The notes under the pieces: generated by a model
The model's input: only the letters and a program-made list of their open reading frames with translations
Databases searched by the model: none
Told to the model about the DNA's origin: nothing
Source of the DNA: a virus
Taxonomy: Duplodnaviria > Caudoviricetes
Virus record (IMG/VR): IMGVR_UViG_3300042402_003469
Span: 1,040 to 65,039 of that record
DNA length: 64,000 bases
Direction: 5' to 3' (one strand)
Position numbers and translations under genes: made by a program
Shown here: positions 1-9,555 of the stretch, one piece after another
Layout: each line of letters starts with the position of its first letter
Numbering within the stretch: position 1 is the first letter of the stretch

Positions 1-918
1 AGATTTCATACGATTAAACATTGTGTTTTTAATAGGAGCCAAAGATACATCAAATTTTGAATAATTCTTAGCATAAGATTGTACAGGTCTTGTCCAAACT
101 CTAACATAAGGTTGGTCATATTGATTCGGAAACTCTTCTTCTTTAAATTTCATTAAGTAATTAATGTAATCCTCACTTAACCCCATTCTATTTGTGGTTA
201 CAATCTGTTCGTACTTATTCCAAACAGTTTCTTCAGGTCTAATAGGTCTTTGTTTTTGTTCTCCCGTATCTCTATTAATTTCTGTAATAGTACCTCGAGT
301 GTCAAAACCACATAAGTAAATTTGTAAGTCTTTTCTATCTTCTAAATTAAATTTAGATAATGAACCTTCGATTAGTTTTAAATCGTGTAAGTGAGAAGAC
401 CCACCTAACCACCCAACTCGTAATTTATCGGACTCTAAGGTTGGTTCGTTAAACTGAGGTTCTTTTGGGTCGATTGCGTTTGGTAAAACAATAACATTCT
501 TATTTATTTTTCTAATTTCATTAGCAAATAAATTCGTTGTTGTTGTAACGTATCTTGCGGCCTTTAAATTCGCAACTATTTTTTCGTGAATTTTATGATT
601 TTTAATTAAATCGTAGATTGGGTGTTCAGGACCTGGCATCCAATAATCATCAATATCAACAATTGTTATAATACCCATATCGTTTAATGTCTTAAGGAGA
701 GTAGGGGTATTATCGTAGTTTTGACCTACAGTACGATGAATATGAACTATTTGATATTTTTTCCAATAATTCAAATCATCCACTTTTGGTGTATAATCGA
801 TATCTACGTGAAAATCTTCAGGATATAATTTCTGTAAAAAGATGTGAGGGTCAACTGACCTAAATTTTCCAACACCTGTTTTGTCGGATGGTAGTACTAA
901 TACGTTGATTTTAGCCAT
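1..918 (-). CDS. Glycosyltransferase, GT-B fold (GT4-like); runs off the window start
   Basis: Not in the ORF track. Manual translation from ATG at 918: MAKINVLVLPSDKTGVGKFRS...IVDIDDYW...VTTTTNLFA..NVIVLPNAID...RVGWLGGSSH..DL...FDVSLAPIKNTMFNRMKS. These motifs are typical of phage GT-B glycosyltransferases. Confidence 0.8.
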   Translation of the reverse strand, partial: MAKINVLVLPSDKTGVGKFRSVDPHIFLQKLYPEDFHVDIDYTPKVDDLNYWKKYQIVHIHRTVGQNYDNTPTLLKTLNDMGIITIVDIDDYWMPGPEHPIYDLIKNHKIHEKIVANLKAARYVTTTTNLFANEIRKINKNVIVLPNAIDPKEPQFNEPTLESDKLRVGWLGGSSHLHDLKLIEGSLSKFNLEDRKDLQIYLCGFDTRGTITEINRDTGEQKQRPIRPEETVWNKYEQIVTTNRMGLSEDYINYLMKFKEEEFPNQYDQPYVRVWTRPVQSYAKNYSKFDVSLAPIKNTMFNRMKS

Positions 919-965
919 TCTATTTGTTTTCCATAAGAATAACAAAAAAAAGGCAATAAAGAAAG

Positions 966-1532
966 TTATTTTAGTTTTTTGACTTTAGATATTTTACCTT
1001 CAAATAGGTGTTTACCAACCTTAATCATCATAATCTCATCTGATTTTGAAGTACTCTCAGTTATTAAACCATTCTCTTTTAATACCTCCTGAACAACTTC
1101 TTTCATCATTTTTCTCAAATCAGTGTTAGATGGTGTTCTTTGGGATTGTTCTTGAACTGGTTGTTGTGGTTTGTTAGTACCCATTAATTTAGACGCCTTC
1201 TCAACTAACTCATCACTTAAGACTGATGTGTTACTTGCGGATAATGGATTTACTGATTGAATTGGGTTTTCCATCATTAATCGTTTAATCTCATCAGGTA
1301 ATTTTGAGTTTAAAATTCTATCTTTAGTCGGTGGCGCGTCATCAATTTGTTTTGGTATATTTGATTCTGAGACATATTCATTAGGTATATTGTAATTCGC
1401 TGATGGAGCTTCATAATTCTCAACCACAGGGGTTTGATAATTAGTAGTTTGGGGAATTCCTCCTCTACCAATACTATTATGTTTGTCCATAATGGCTTTA
1501 GATATTGCCAATTTTTGCATTAAGTCACTCAT
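966..1532 (-). CDS. Hypothetical protein, possibly head-associated
   Basis: 188-aa ORF in a tightly packed minus-strand operon; contains KEVVQEVLKENGLITE. Confidence 0.6.
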   Translation of the reverse strand: MSDLMQKLAISKAIMDKHNSIGRGGIPQTTNYQTPVVENYEAPSANYNIPNEYVSESNIPKQIDDAPPTKDRILNSKLPDEIKRLMMENPIQSVNPLSASNTSVLSDELVEKASKLMGTNKPQQPVQEQSQRTPSNTDLRKMMKEVVQEVLKENGLITESTSKSDEIMMIKVGKHLFEGKISKVKKLK

Positions 1533-1533
1533 A

Positions 1534-1941
1534 TTATGCTACGTTTTCTTGTGGTGGATTATCGAATTTTGCGTTCAAGATTACTTGAGCCATCGTTTTA
1601 TCTCCATTAAAATTATAACCAGGTCTTGGTTCATTGTAAACTTCTCCTGTGGGTTTTGACGATAATATTTTGTCGAGTCTAAAAAGTCTCCACCCTGGTA
1701 ATGGTTGTTCTCCCTTATAACCTGTGTGTGAAGAACCTTCTTTATCCCAGGCTCTAACCACTTTATTATTAGCTTTACTAATACCGATACAAACTGGTTC
1801 TATTTCACGTAGTCCTCGACCACCTGGCTCATCACCATCGTAGTATATAATCACAACTTTTCTTTGTTTTATCGCATCAATAATATCCTCATATGATGCG
1901 GTTTCTGTGATTAGTTTAGTAAATGTGGTTAATAGTTTCAT
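1534..1941 (-). CDS. Stand-alone WYL-domain protein
   Basis: AIKQRKVVIIYY...REIEP...VRAW...WRLFRLDKI matches the WYL (Sm/SH3-like) consensus; no HTH or WCX domain. Confidence 0.8.
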   Translation of the reverse strand: MKLLTTFTKLITETASYEDIIDAIKQRKVVIIYYDGDEPGGRGLREIEPVCIGISKANNKVVRAWDKEGSSHTGYKGEQPLPGWRLFRLDKILSSKPTGEVYNEPRPGYNFNGDKTMAQVILNAKFDNPPQENVA

Positions 1942-2231
1942 TAAAAATCAGGATATGTTTTTGATGAATTAAATTTGTTAATTTTGATTTCACTTTTTCT
2001 TTCAACGTTATCAACACTACTACCCGCAAAAGTACTGTAAACATCTAAATCTCCACCCGTACCCTTACCTTGTTCATCTCCCGTTGCCAAAGCGTCAGGG
2101 TTAGTTGATGAATATGAATTTGTTGAATTGTAGTTGTTCTTAGGAAAAAGTTTTTTTCTTTCCTGTTCGGCAATCTCAGTTAATGAGTTCTTTTCAGTTT
2201 GTGCCAAATCAATAGGTTCTTGTTGTGACAT
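1941..2231 (-). CDS. Hypothetical protein
   Basis: 96-aa ORF whose stop overlaps the next start (coupled). Confidence 0.6.
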   Translation of the reverse strand: MSQQEPIDLAQTEKNSLTEIAEQERKKLFPKNNYNSTNSYSSTNPDALATGDEQGKGTGGDLDVYSTFAGSSVDNVERKSEIKINKFNSSKTYPDF

Positions 2232-2233
2232 AA

Positions 2234-2656
2234 TTATATTATTTTTGAAATTATTTCGTTTATTCGTTTTAAACTTTCGGTTATTTTAATATCATCATTA
2301 TGTGTGTGATGACTTTTACTTGGTCTATTCATATTAGATAACCCTTTAGGGTCATTATCTTTTGGACTTTGATTAAATGAATTAGATAATCCACTTTCTT
2401 TTCTTGCGGTTTTAGAATTCTCTAAAGAATTCCTATCAGAATTTAAAGTCTGATTAACCCAATTTAACATAGTATCACCGCCCAAAGAATCCTTCTCACC
2501 ATTTTCAATTCTATGTTTAATCTTTTTTAGTAAAGAGTAAGACACATTACCTTTAGACAATAAATTACCAATAGTCTCTTCATTAGAATGACTTTGTAAA
2601 TGCTTTGTGATATGTTCAGGGATTTTATATTCTTTCCCGTATAAATCTTTATTCAC
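2234..2656 (-). CDS. Hypothetical protein
   Basis: 140-aa ORF overlapping the upstream gene by 8 nt; ends ITESLKRINEIISKII. Confidence 0.6.
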   Translation of the reverse strand: MNKDLYGKEYKIPEHITKHLQSHSNEETIGNLLSKGNVSYSLLKKIKHRIENGEKDSLGGDTMLNWVNQTLNSDRNSLENSKTARKESGLSNSFNQSPKDNDPKGLSNMNRPSKSHHTHNDDIKITESLKRINEIISKII

Positions 2657-3506
2657 TCTTTAACATTTTGATTAATTGATTTATTGTAAGTCCTTCTTTT
2701 TCCGCCATTTTTTTAAGAGAATCTACATTCTTCTTAATAATTTTAGAAGCTTTATCTTCCTTTTCACCCAACTCACCATCAGAATTTTTCCTATTCAATA
2801 AGATTTCGTCAATAGCTTTAATCATCTTCTGTCTTTGAATTTCAGACAAAGTCATTCTATCAATAAACCCTTTTTTGTTTCTAATCTTTTTAGGTGCGTT
2901 TTTTGTTCTATTACCTGAAGGGTCTTTACCGAACTGTTCAGTTCTTTCTTTTGCTTCGTCAGGTTCCATCCCCATTTTTTTAACCAAATAATTGAACGTT
3001 TCTTTACCATCCATATCTTTAGTTTCCTCATACCCAAACGCTTCGGAATAATCAACTTCATTCACAACATTAGTTTCGTCTGAAGTAGACTCACCATAAT
3101 ATCTTCTATATCCTCTAGTAACAGGATTACCTGGCATTCTTGTTGCGGGTACAATTTTATCGGTAATATTTTTCTGAGTTAACCCCCAATTAATTGGTGG
3201 GTATTTAGAATTATTCATTGTTCCGTCATAATCAACTAATTCCTCAATTTCAGATTTTTCTTTTGAAATTGGTTCAAAATATTTTTTAATTTGTCCTTTG
3301 GTTTTTATTTTTTTGTTTTTAAGTATCGATGAAATTCCTTTTTTAACTTTTTCTAAATCTTTTTTATCAAAGTCAATTTTTTCGTCTTTCTTTCTGGACT
3401 CTACCAAAGTATCCGCAATAGAATAGTATAACGATATTTTATCGCTTTTTTCCGTAATGTAGAAATAATATGGAGTAATAAAATACTCTGTATTCGTTTG
3501 AATCAT
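2649..3506 (-). CDS. Hypothetical protein, first gene of the minus-strand operon
   Basis: 285-aa ORF with a minus-strand TATTTAT at 3521-3527 just upstream. Confidence 0.65.
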   Translation of the reverse strand: MIQTNTEYFITPYYFYITEKSDKISLYYSIADTLVESRKKDEKIDFDKKDLEKVKKGISSILKNKKIKTKGQIKKYFEPISKEKSEIEELVDYDGTMNNSKYPPINWGLTQKNITDKIVPATRMPGNPVTRGYRRYYGESTSDETNVVNEVDYSEAFGYEETKDMDGKETFNYLVKKMGMEPDEAKERTEQFGKDPSGNRTKNAPKKIRNKKGFIDRMTLSEIQRQKMIKAIDEILLNRKNSDGELGEKEDKASKIIKKNVDSLKKMAEKEGLTINQLIKMLKSE

Positions 3507-3520
3507 TTTACTTTTTACAT

Positions 3521-3547
3521 ATAAATACTGCGATACAAGGTATTTAT
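3521..3547. promoter_or_regulatory. Divergent pair of TATTTAT motifs (putative late promoters)
   Basis: ATAAATA at 3521-3527 (minus-strand TATTTAT, before ATG 3506) and TATTTAT at 3541-3547 (before ATG 3557). Confidence 0.6.
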
Positions 3548-3556
3548 CATAGAATT

Positions 3557-6500
3557 ATGGCCTATCAAAATATAAACCAGTATAATTTTAAGAAGTGGTA
3601 CCTTCTTAACAGGTCCGAGATACAGGATTTTTCCTTATCATCGGACGAAAGAGACTATAAGGAGGAAGTTATTTTCTCCCCAAACCTTATTGCTGAAAAT
3701 GACGGGAATAGGTTACCATTTAGTTTTGATTTAGATAATCCGAACAATAGTGAGTTGTTTGTATTGAATTATAACGCCTATAATCCATACAATAATTTAA
3801 TTTCTTCTAATTACTATAATCCAAATAATATTGACTTAACTTGTTATAGCTCACAAACAATTTGTGATATTGGGTTAACAGGTATTGATAACGGTCTTGT
3901 TGACCAAATGACAGGCGAGACCATTACAACTACTGAAGGATTATTGTCGGACTTCCAAAAATTCGATAGATTATCTTTCGATAGAAGATTAAAACTACAC
4001 CAAGTTACAGGATATACATCAGACCCTAATATTAGATTTTCTGGGTTACAAAAAGACATATCATATAACGTTGTATCAAAGATATCCCCAAAAATTGGTG
4101 TATATCACGAATTATATGGAGGATTTTACCAAGGTTTTTATAAATTATTTGGATACGATTATACTTTGTTTCCTGAAAGGGTTAATAAAGGTTGGTCGGT
4201 TGAGGTTTTACTTAAACCAAGATTTATTGATGAATTTACACCTCCTTCTAACCAAACAACTTTAAATAACTTTTATCCTAATAATAAGGACCTGTTCTTT
4301 TATTTAGGTACAAGAGCTGAAAATAAATTTTATCATAGTGCCAATGGGAGTCCTTTATCCGACCCTACTTATGTTAGGGTTACCGACCCACTAACTTGTC
4401 TTAAGACTTGTGGTTGCGCCAGTACCGCAATTACTAATTCTAATTGTATTTCGGTTTATCAAACTACTGAGACACCTGTTTCACCTGAACCTAATTGCGA
4501 ATGTGGATGTCAGGAAACTCCTGTTATCATAGGACCTGATAAGGACCCAAAATTAGATGACTTATCAAATGCGATTGCATTTAAACTTTGCGGTGACCCA
4601 CATAATCCTCAAATTGGTGTTAGAATTTTAAGATTTACAGGAGACTGTGTTACCACAGGAACCTGTTCAACCACAGGTGTTACATATCAAACAGGTTACA
4701 CTGTAGATAATTTATGTACACCTAAAGGAATTTATGATTTTTGTGAACAAGTTAATCCTGCGTTTTTACAACAAGAACATTGGGTTCAATTGGATTTGGT
4801 TTGGGAAAGATACACTTGGTTTGACACTTGTGACTTGTGGTATAAAGGTGGTTTAGGGTTAATAAGTGAAGACCCATATTTATTTTCATTAGTTAACGAA
4901 TCTGTTAAATTAATTCAACCTAAATCTGACGTAGGTCCTGATATTGATAAAAGAATTGAGGTCGTTAGATTAAATGAAAGATGGTTAATTGAAAAAGAGT
5001 TTAGAAAAGGACGAATTAAAGTTTACGTTAATGGTAGAATATTCCACACCTTTGAGGATATTGAAGAAATAATACCGAGAGCTTTAGATACTGAAAAGGA
5101 AAGACAAGTCGGAGTCCCTTACAACGTATCTTGGGGAGGAGGTACTCAAGGGTTACATAATAATTTAACATTTACAGGATGTCCTGAATCATTAACAGGT
5201 TTAGTTTATCAACAAGACCCAGAATGTTTACCGAATAACATATTACAAGGTACTTCATTATCAGGGTTAACAACCAACATTTTATTAGAACAAAATTTTG
5301 CAGGGTCATTTGATGGGGGTATATCTCAGTTTAGAATGTACACCGAACCCTTATCTGCAGATGAGGTTAAACATAACTTTTTACTATTAAAAGATAAGTT
5401 TGAGTTATTTGATTTTGATTGTCCTAATTGTACAGTAATAATCCCTATTACAACAACTACGACTACAATAAATCCCATTACGACAACTACAACTACAATA
5501 AATCCTATCACTACAACTACAACTACAATAAATCCTATCACTACAACTACTACAACAATAATACCTATTACAACCACCACAACTACTTTTTATCCCACAC
5601 CTACCCCAACCCCTACGATAACTCCAACCGTAACGCCAACCCCAACAGTTACTCCAACCCCAACAGTTACTCCAACACCTATTGAAAATTGTTTCTTATT
5701 ACAAGAAAACGGTTTTTATATTCTACAAGAAAATGGTGACAGATTAATAATACAATGTAATTCAACACCACCAAACGACATTAATTATTTGATTATACCA
5801 AATAATGATATTGATGGTAACAATATATTAAATAACGATTTAAAAGGAGACTATATCCCTAATAATGATTTAATCGGAGGGTTTATCCCTAATAATGATT
5901 TAAGTGGAAGGTTTGTCCCTAATAATGATTTAAGTGGTAAATTTGTACCTAATAATGATTTAAATGGAAACAATATTCCGTTTAATGATTTCTATGACAA
6001 TCACATACCAAACGATGGATTAGGTTCTGAAATAATACCAAATAACGATTTAATTCCCGAAATATTAGGTTTAAGTGGAGGATGTTTTACTTTGATAACC
6101 CAGCCTTACTTTTTTCCCGAACCAGGTAATATAATATTCCCCGAATTTTCAGCACCTAGTAGTCAGGGGTTATTAACACCAAATACGTTTGACGTTAATG
6201 GTGTTGATTTTAACTATATTGATAATGAAGGAAATGATTTATTTGATTATTTTAGTCCATTATTGTCTAACGACTATTTAATCTATTTTAGTCAAAATGG
6301 GAATACTGCAATATACCAAGGTAACCCAACTTCATTTGTTGTGGAGTTTGGAGGGTTTTATAATGGAGGTACTGATGGTGGTGAGGTAATGACATCACAA
6401 TTAATATTAATACAACCGTCACCTGTCGATTTTATTGAGGGTGAACCTGTTTGTGTTTGGTTTGAGTTGATAGTAACACCAACACCAACACCAACACCAA

Positions 6501-7201
6501 CACCTACTCCAACATCGACGCCAACTCCAACCCCAACTCCAACAGAAACTCCTACACCAACACCAACCCCTACACCAACCCCTACACCAACTCCAATTTT
6601 AGATGGATTTGATTACCCAAGTTTTGCTTCAATATCAGGACTTGAATTAGTCGGTACATATGTGAGTCAAACATCTAATGAAATTTATTTGACATCACCA
6701 ACTGTTGCCTCAACAGGTAATCTTTATAGGTCAACATCTGTTAGATATGATAGAGATTTCTCACTTGAATGGAAATCATATATTGGTGGTGGAACAGGTG
6801 CTGACGGATATTGTATACAATGGACAACAATTAATAATGCAAATGGAATTGGCGGTGGAGGTATCGGTAGAATAGCCAATCCATCAACAATACACGCAAT
6901 AGGATTTTACACTTACACAATTAATAATTTCCAATGGTTTAAGAATAATGTTTTACAATCAACGGATTCGGTTAGTGCGGGTTATTGGAGACAAGTATTA
7001 TATTTTTGGGCCGATTATAATCACACAAATCAAACGCTTGATTTATATTTTAGTAACGTGGATAGTAAACCTATTTCACCAAATAAACAATACACTAGTT
7101 TCTCATTTGATTCGACCCCTTATTATATAGGATTTGGAGCAGCAACAGGAGGTGCTCAAGATTATCATAATATAGTTGATTGGAAACTAACGTTTGTATA
7201 A
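3557..7201 (+). CDS. Large virion protein: ConA/LamG-like N-terminal part, Thr/Pro-rich linkers, C-terminal legume (L-type) lectin domain
   Basis: [24 protein letters not shown] resembles a LamG end. GADG...[18 protein letters not shown] is a legume-lectin signature. Also has a [14 protein letters not shown] motif and low-complexity repeats. Confidence 0.7.
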   Translation: MAYQNINQYNFKKWYLLNRSEIQDFSLSSDERDYKEEVIFSPNLIAENDGNRLPFSFDLDNPNNSELFVLNYNAYNPYNNLISSNYYNPNNIDLTCYSSQTICDIGLTGIDNGLVDQMTGETITTTEGLLSDFQKFDRLSFDRRLKLHQVTGYTSDPNIRFSGLQKDISYNVVSKISPKIGVYHELYGGFYQGFYKLFGYDYTLFPERVNKGWSVEVLLKPRFIDEFTPPSNQTTLNNFYPNNKDLFFYLGTRAENKFYHSANGSPLSDPTYVRVTDPLTCLKTCGCASTAITNSNCISVYQTTETPVSPEPNCECGCQETPVIIGPDKDPKLDDLSNAIAFKLCGDPHNPQIGVRILRFTGDCVTTGTCSTTGVTYQTGYTVDNLCTPKGIYDFCEQVNPAFLQQEHWVQLDLVWERYTWFDTCDLWYKGGLGLISEDPYLFSLVNESVKLIQPKSDVGPDIDKRIEVVRLNERWLIEKEFRKGRIKVYVNGRIFHTFEDIEEIIPRALDTEKERQVGVPYNVSWGGGTQGLHNNLTFTGCPESLTGLVYQQDPECLPNNILQGTSLSGLTTNILLEQNFAGSFDGGISQFRMYTEPLSADEVKHNFLLLKDKFELFDFDCPNCTVIIPITTTTTTINPITTTTTTINPITTTTTTINPITTTTTTIIPITTTTTTFYPTPTPTPTITPTVTPTPTVTPTPTVTPTPIENCFLLQENGFYILQENGDRLIIQCNSTPPNDINYLIIPNNDIDGNNILNNDLKGDYIPNNDLIGGFIPNNDLSGRFVPNNDLSGKFVPNNDLNGNNIPFNDFYDNHIPNDGLGSEIIPNNDLIPEILGLSGGCFTLITQPYFFPEPGNIIFPEFSAPSSQGLLTPNTFDVNGVDFNYIDNEGNDLFDYFSPLLSNDYLIYFSQNGNTAIYQGNPTSFVVEFGGFYNGGTDGGEVMTSQLILIQPSPVDFIEGEPVCVWFELIVTPTPTPTPTPTPTSTPTPTPTPTETPTPTPTPTPTPTPTPILDGFDYPSFASISGLELVGTYVSQTSNEIYLTSPTVASTGNLYRSTSVRYDRDFSLEWKSYIGGGTGADGYCIQWTTINNANGIGGGGIGRIANPSTIHAIGFYTYTINNFQWFKNNVLQSTDSVSAGYWRQVLYFWADYNHTNQTLDLYFSNVDSKPISPNKQYTSFSFDSTPYYIGFGAATGGAQDYHNIVDWKLTFV
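5438..5680 (+). repeat. 30-nt tandem repeat encoding I(I/N)PITTTTTT x5, followed by a (PT/PTVT)n tract
   Basis: Visible in both DNA and protein. Confidence 0.9.
5771..6053 (+). repeat. About nine 10-aa repeats with a PNNDL core
   Basis: [60 protein letters not shown]...; cctaataatgattta recurs every 30 nt. Confidence 0.85.
6476..6594 (+). repeat. (Pro-Thr)n tract before the lectin domain
   Basis: [28 protein letters not shown]... Confidence 0.9.
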
Positions 7202-7243
7202 CACAAATAAAAAATAAACGATATTTATAAATAAAAAAATAAA

Positions 7244-9295
7244 ATGGCAATAGGAGTTAGAATAACAAGTAATAATTTATCGGGACAAACCGCAAATGTT
7301 ACGTTCCAACCAATGACAGGTGGAACACCAATTGACTTGGGTATTAGGACAATACCTTTCAATTATTATAGTGAATTACCTTATGGTGATTACACTATAT
7401 CATCAACTACATACGATTATGTTTATACTTTAACAGTTTCACAACCTTATGGACAAAACCAAAATTATATGCAATTAGGTAACGTTTCAGGGGAAACGAC
7501 CGTAAGTTTAGGGTTCTTAAACTTTAACGACTTTACCGCTGAAGTTATAGATTTAGGTGTTGATATGGAATATTGGAGTGTTTATAACTGGTATCCATTA
7601 TCTGAAAGTGGTTGTTTATTAGATTTTCGTAATGATGGTTATACTGAACGTTTAGCATTGTTTATAGATGTTAATGGGAATGTTGTTGAACAATTCAGTG
7701 CAACAACCTTTGACTCTAATTCTGGGGCGTTAGATGGTAGAATTGTATATTTCCGAGACCCTGACGGTGGTTTATTCTATTGGTTTAATGGTCAGTCGGT
7801 TTATCAATACACATTTGACCCAAATTATGAGACTTTAGACATTCAATGGGATTGGGACTCAACTTGTCAAGATGGTTCATTCTTTTTCATAATTAATAAT
7901 AGTGACAATGACACGTCATATTCATATAAAGTTAACAATAATGGTTCTACCGAATTAATTAATAGTTGGGATAATACTGTTGAAAGACGATATTATGGTA
8001 CGTATTATTCATCAAATTATTTTCACGAAATATCTGAATTAATAAGTGGTGATACTCTTATTAGTCTAAAAATTTATGACACGTCACTTAATGAGAAAGC
8101 TGATTTATCAATAGCGTCAAACACATACAACTCTTGGGACTTACAATGGTATGGTAACAAATCATTTAATATTATGATGTGGAATAGTACTGACGGTGAC
8201 ATTGATTATTTAATTCACAATTATAATGGTGTTACTGATTACGTTTCAACAACAACACACGTAAGAGGGGTTAATTACACTCAAAGAACAATTAATTCTG
8301 ACGGAAATTTTTACCCTGATGAAGTACCTGTTGGTGGTATTTTTATTTTCTTATATAATGGTACGGGAGCTTATTACGCTGGAGGTGGATATGAGGTTAG
8401 TTACTTAGATGTCATTTATAAATTAGAAAATCAAACTGAATTAACGACGTATGTTTTCCAAGATAGTGGTTCAAATGACAAAACTTTTGATATGAATTCT
8501 TGGGGTAATAAGACTTATTATACAATATGTTCGACAGGAGACACTAATTCGGCGGTTTTCTCAATAACTGAAAATGGTGTTAACATTACATCAACAAATG
8601 TTAGTTATAATGATATAAACGGGTCAAGTCGTGATTGGTTTGGAGATTATTTTAACTACAGTTATGTGACCGACGGTACTTCATACGCTAACAATAAGTT
8701 ATTCTTAAATGGTGAATTAGTTGATTCATTAGGATTTCCAATACCTAACTGGTATAATACTACGACAAGTTATGAAACGTTTTATACGACTAATTACGAG
8801 GTCGGGTATTATGTTAATAATCAAGTAACGGGGTATACACAAACAGAAGTATATCAAAATGTAAATACGTCATCAGATTATTACACTCAAGAATACTATT
8901 ATGAGAACTCAAATATTCTTTTGTATAATACTCAAAATTCAACCGCTAGAGTTTTAACTAAAGATTCATTAAGTAATCAATTTAGTTTACCTGAAGATTC
9001 GGGTGAAAGAGAATTAGTAATTGGTAAAGATAAATTCTTATACGTTTTTCTTACAAATTCCGATAACTTAAGAATCAATTTATATAATTTTAACGGAGCA
9101 CTATTAAATAGTACTATTGTTGAAGATGATTATTGGAGTGACATTTACGGAGTTAAAGATAGATATGTTGTAAAAAATAGTATTGATGGTCAATACCTAT
9201 TAACTATGATTTCTGATGATGAAATAAAACAAATTACAATAGATAATGAATATACCAGTTGGGATATGATAAACGATTACATATGGTGGGACTAA
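7244..9295 (+). CDS. Putative virion or fibre-associated protein, Tyr/Asn-rich and probably beta-rich
   Basis: 683-aa ORF, TATTTAT at 7222-7228, first gene of the fibre operon. Confidence 0.55.
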   Translation: MAIGVRITSNNLSGQTANVTFQPMTGGTPIDLGIRTIPFNYYSELPYGDYTISSTTYDYVYTLTVSQPYGQNQNYMQLGNVSGETTVSLGFLNFNDFTAEVIDLGVDMEYWSVYNWYPLSESGCLLDFRNDGYTERLALFIDVNGNVVEQFSATTFDSNSGALDGRIVYFRDPDGGLFYWFNGQSVYQYTFDPNYETLDIQWDWDSTCQDGSFFFIINNSDNDTSYSYKVNNNGSTELINSWDNTVERRYYGTYYSSNYFHEISELISGDTLISLKIYDTSLNEKADLSIASNTYNSWDLQWYGNKSFNIMMWNSTDGDIDYLIHNYNGVTDYVSTTTHVRGVNYTQRTINSDGNFYPDEVPVGGIFIFLYNGTGAYYAGGGYEVSYLDVIYKLENQTELTTYVFQDSGSNDKTFDMNSWGNKTYYTICSTGDTNSAVFSITENGVNITSTNVSYNDINGSSRDWFGDYFNYSYVTDGTSYANNKLFLNGELVDSLGFPIPNWYNTTTSYETFYTTNYEVGYYVNNQVTGYTQTEVYQNVNTSSDYYTQEYYYENSNILLYNTQNSTARVLTKDSLSNQFSLPEDSGERELVIGKDKFLYVFLTNSDNLRINLYNFNGALLNSTIVEDDYWSDIYGVKDRYVVKNSIDGQYLLTMISDDEIKQITIDNEYTSWDMINDYIWWD

Positions 9296-9296
9296 T

Positions 9297-9554
9297 ATGA
9301 GATATCAAACACAAATAACAGTAAAACTAAAAGGTCAAGGTAATTTACAAAATTACGTTACCTCACTTAATTTAAACGACAACATTACAGTTGCCGATTT
9401 TAAATCAGAAATTAAAAAAACAACTAAATTCTTAGACCTTTACACAATCGAAAAAGAGATTGTTTATTTAGGTAGTAACGAATTAAAAGATGATAATATT
9501 GTACCTAATAATAAATCAGGTTTACAATATTATATGGAATTAAATAAAAAATAA
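9297..9554 (+). CDS. Ubiquitin-like (beta-grasp) small protein without C-terminal diglycine
   Basis: QITVK...SLNLNDNITVADFKSEIKK...IVYLGSNELKDDNIV aligns by eye with ubiquitin QIFVK...TLEVEPSDTIENVKAKIQD...LIFAGKQLEDGRTL. One-nt gaps to both neighbours. Confidence 0.55.
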   Translation: MRYQTQITVKLKGQGNLQNYVTSLNLNDNITVADFKSEIKKTTKFLDLYTIEKEIVYLGSNELKDDNIVPNNKSGLQYYMELNKK

Positions 9555-9555
9555 A

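Noticed and set aside
5326-5685. ORFs 5326..5580 (-, poly-Val) and 5428..5685 (+, Tyr/Asn-rich)
   Set aside because: Antisense and alternate-frame shadows of the Thr repeat in the 3557 gene.
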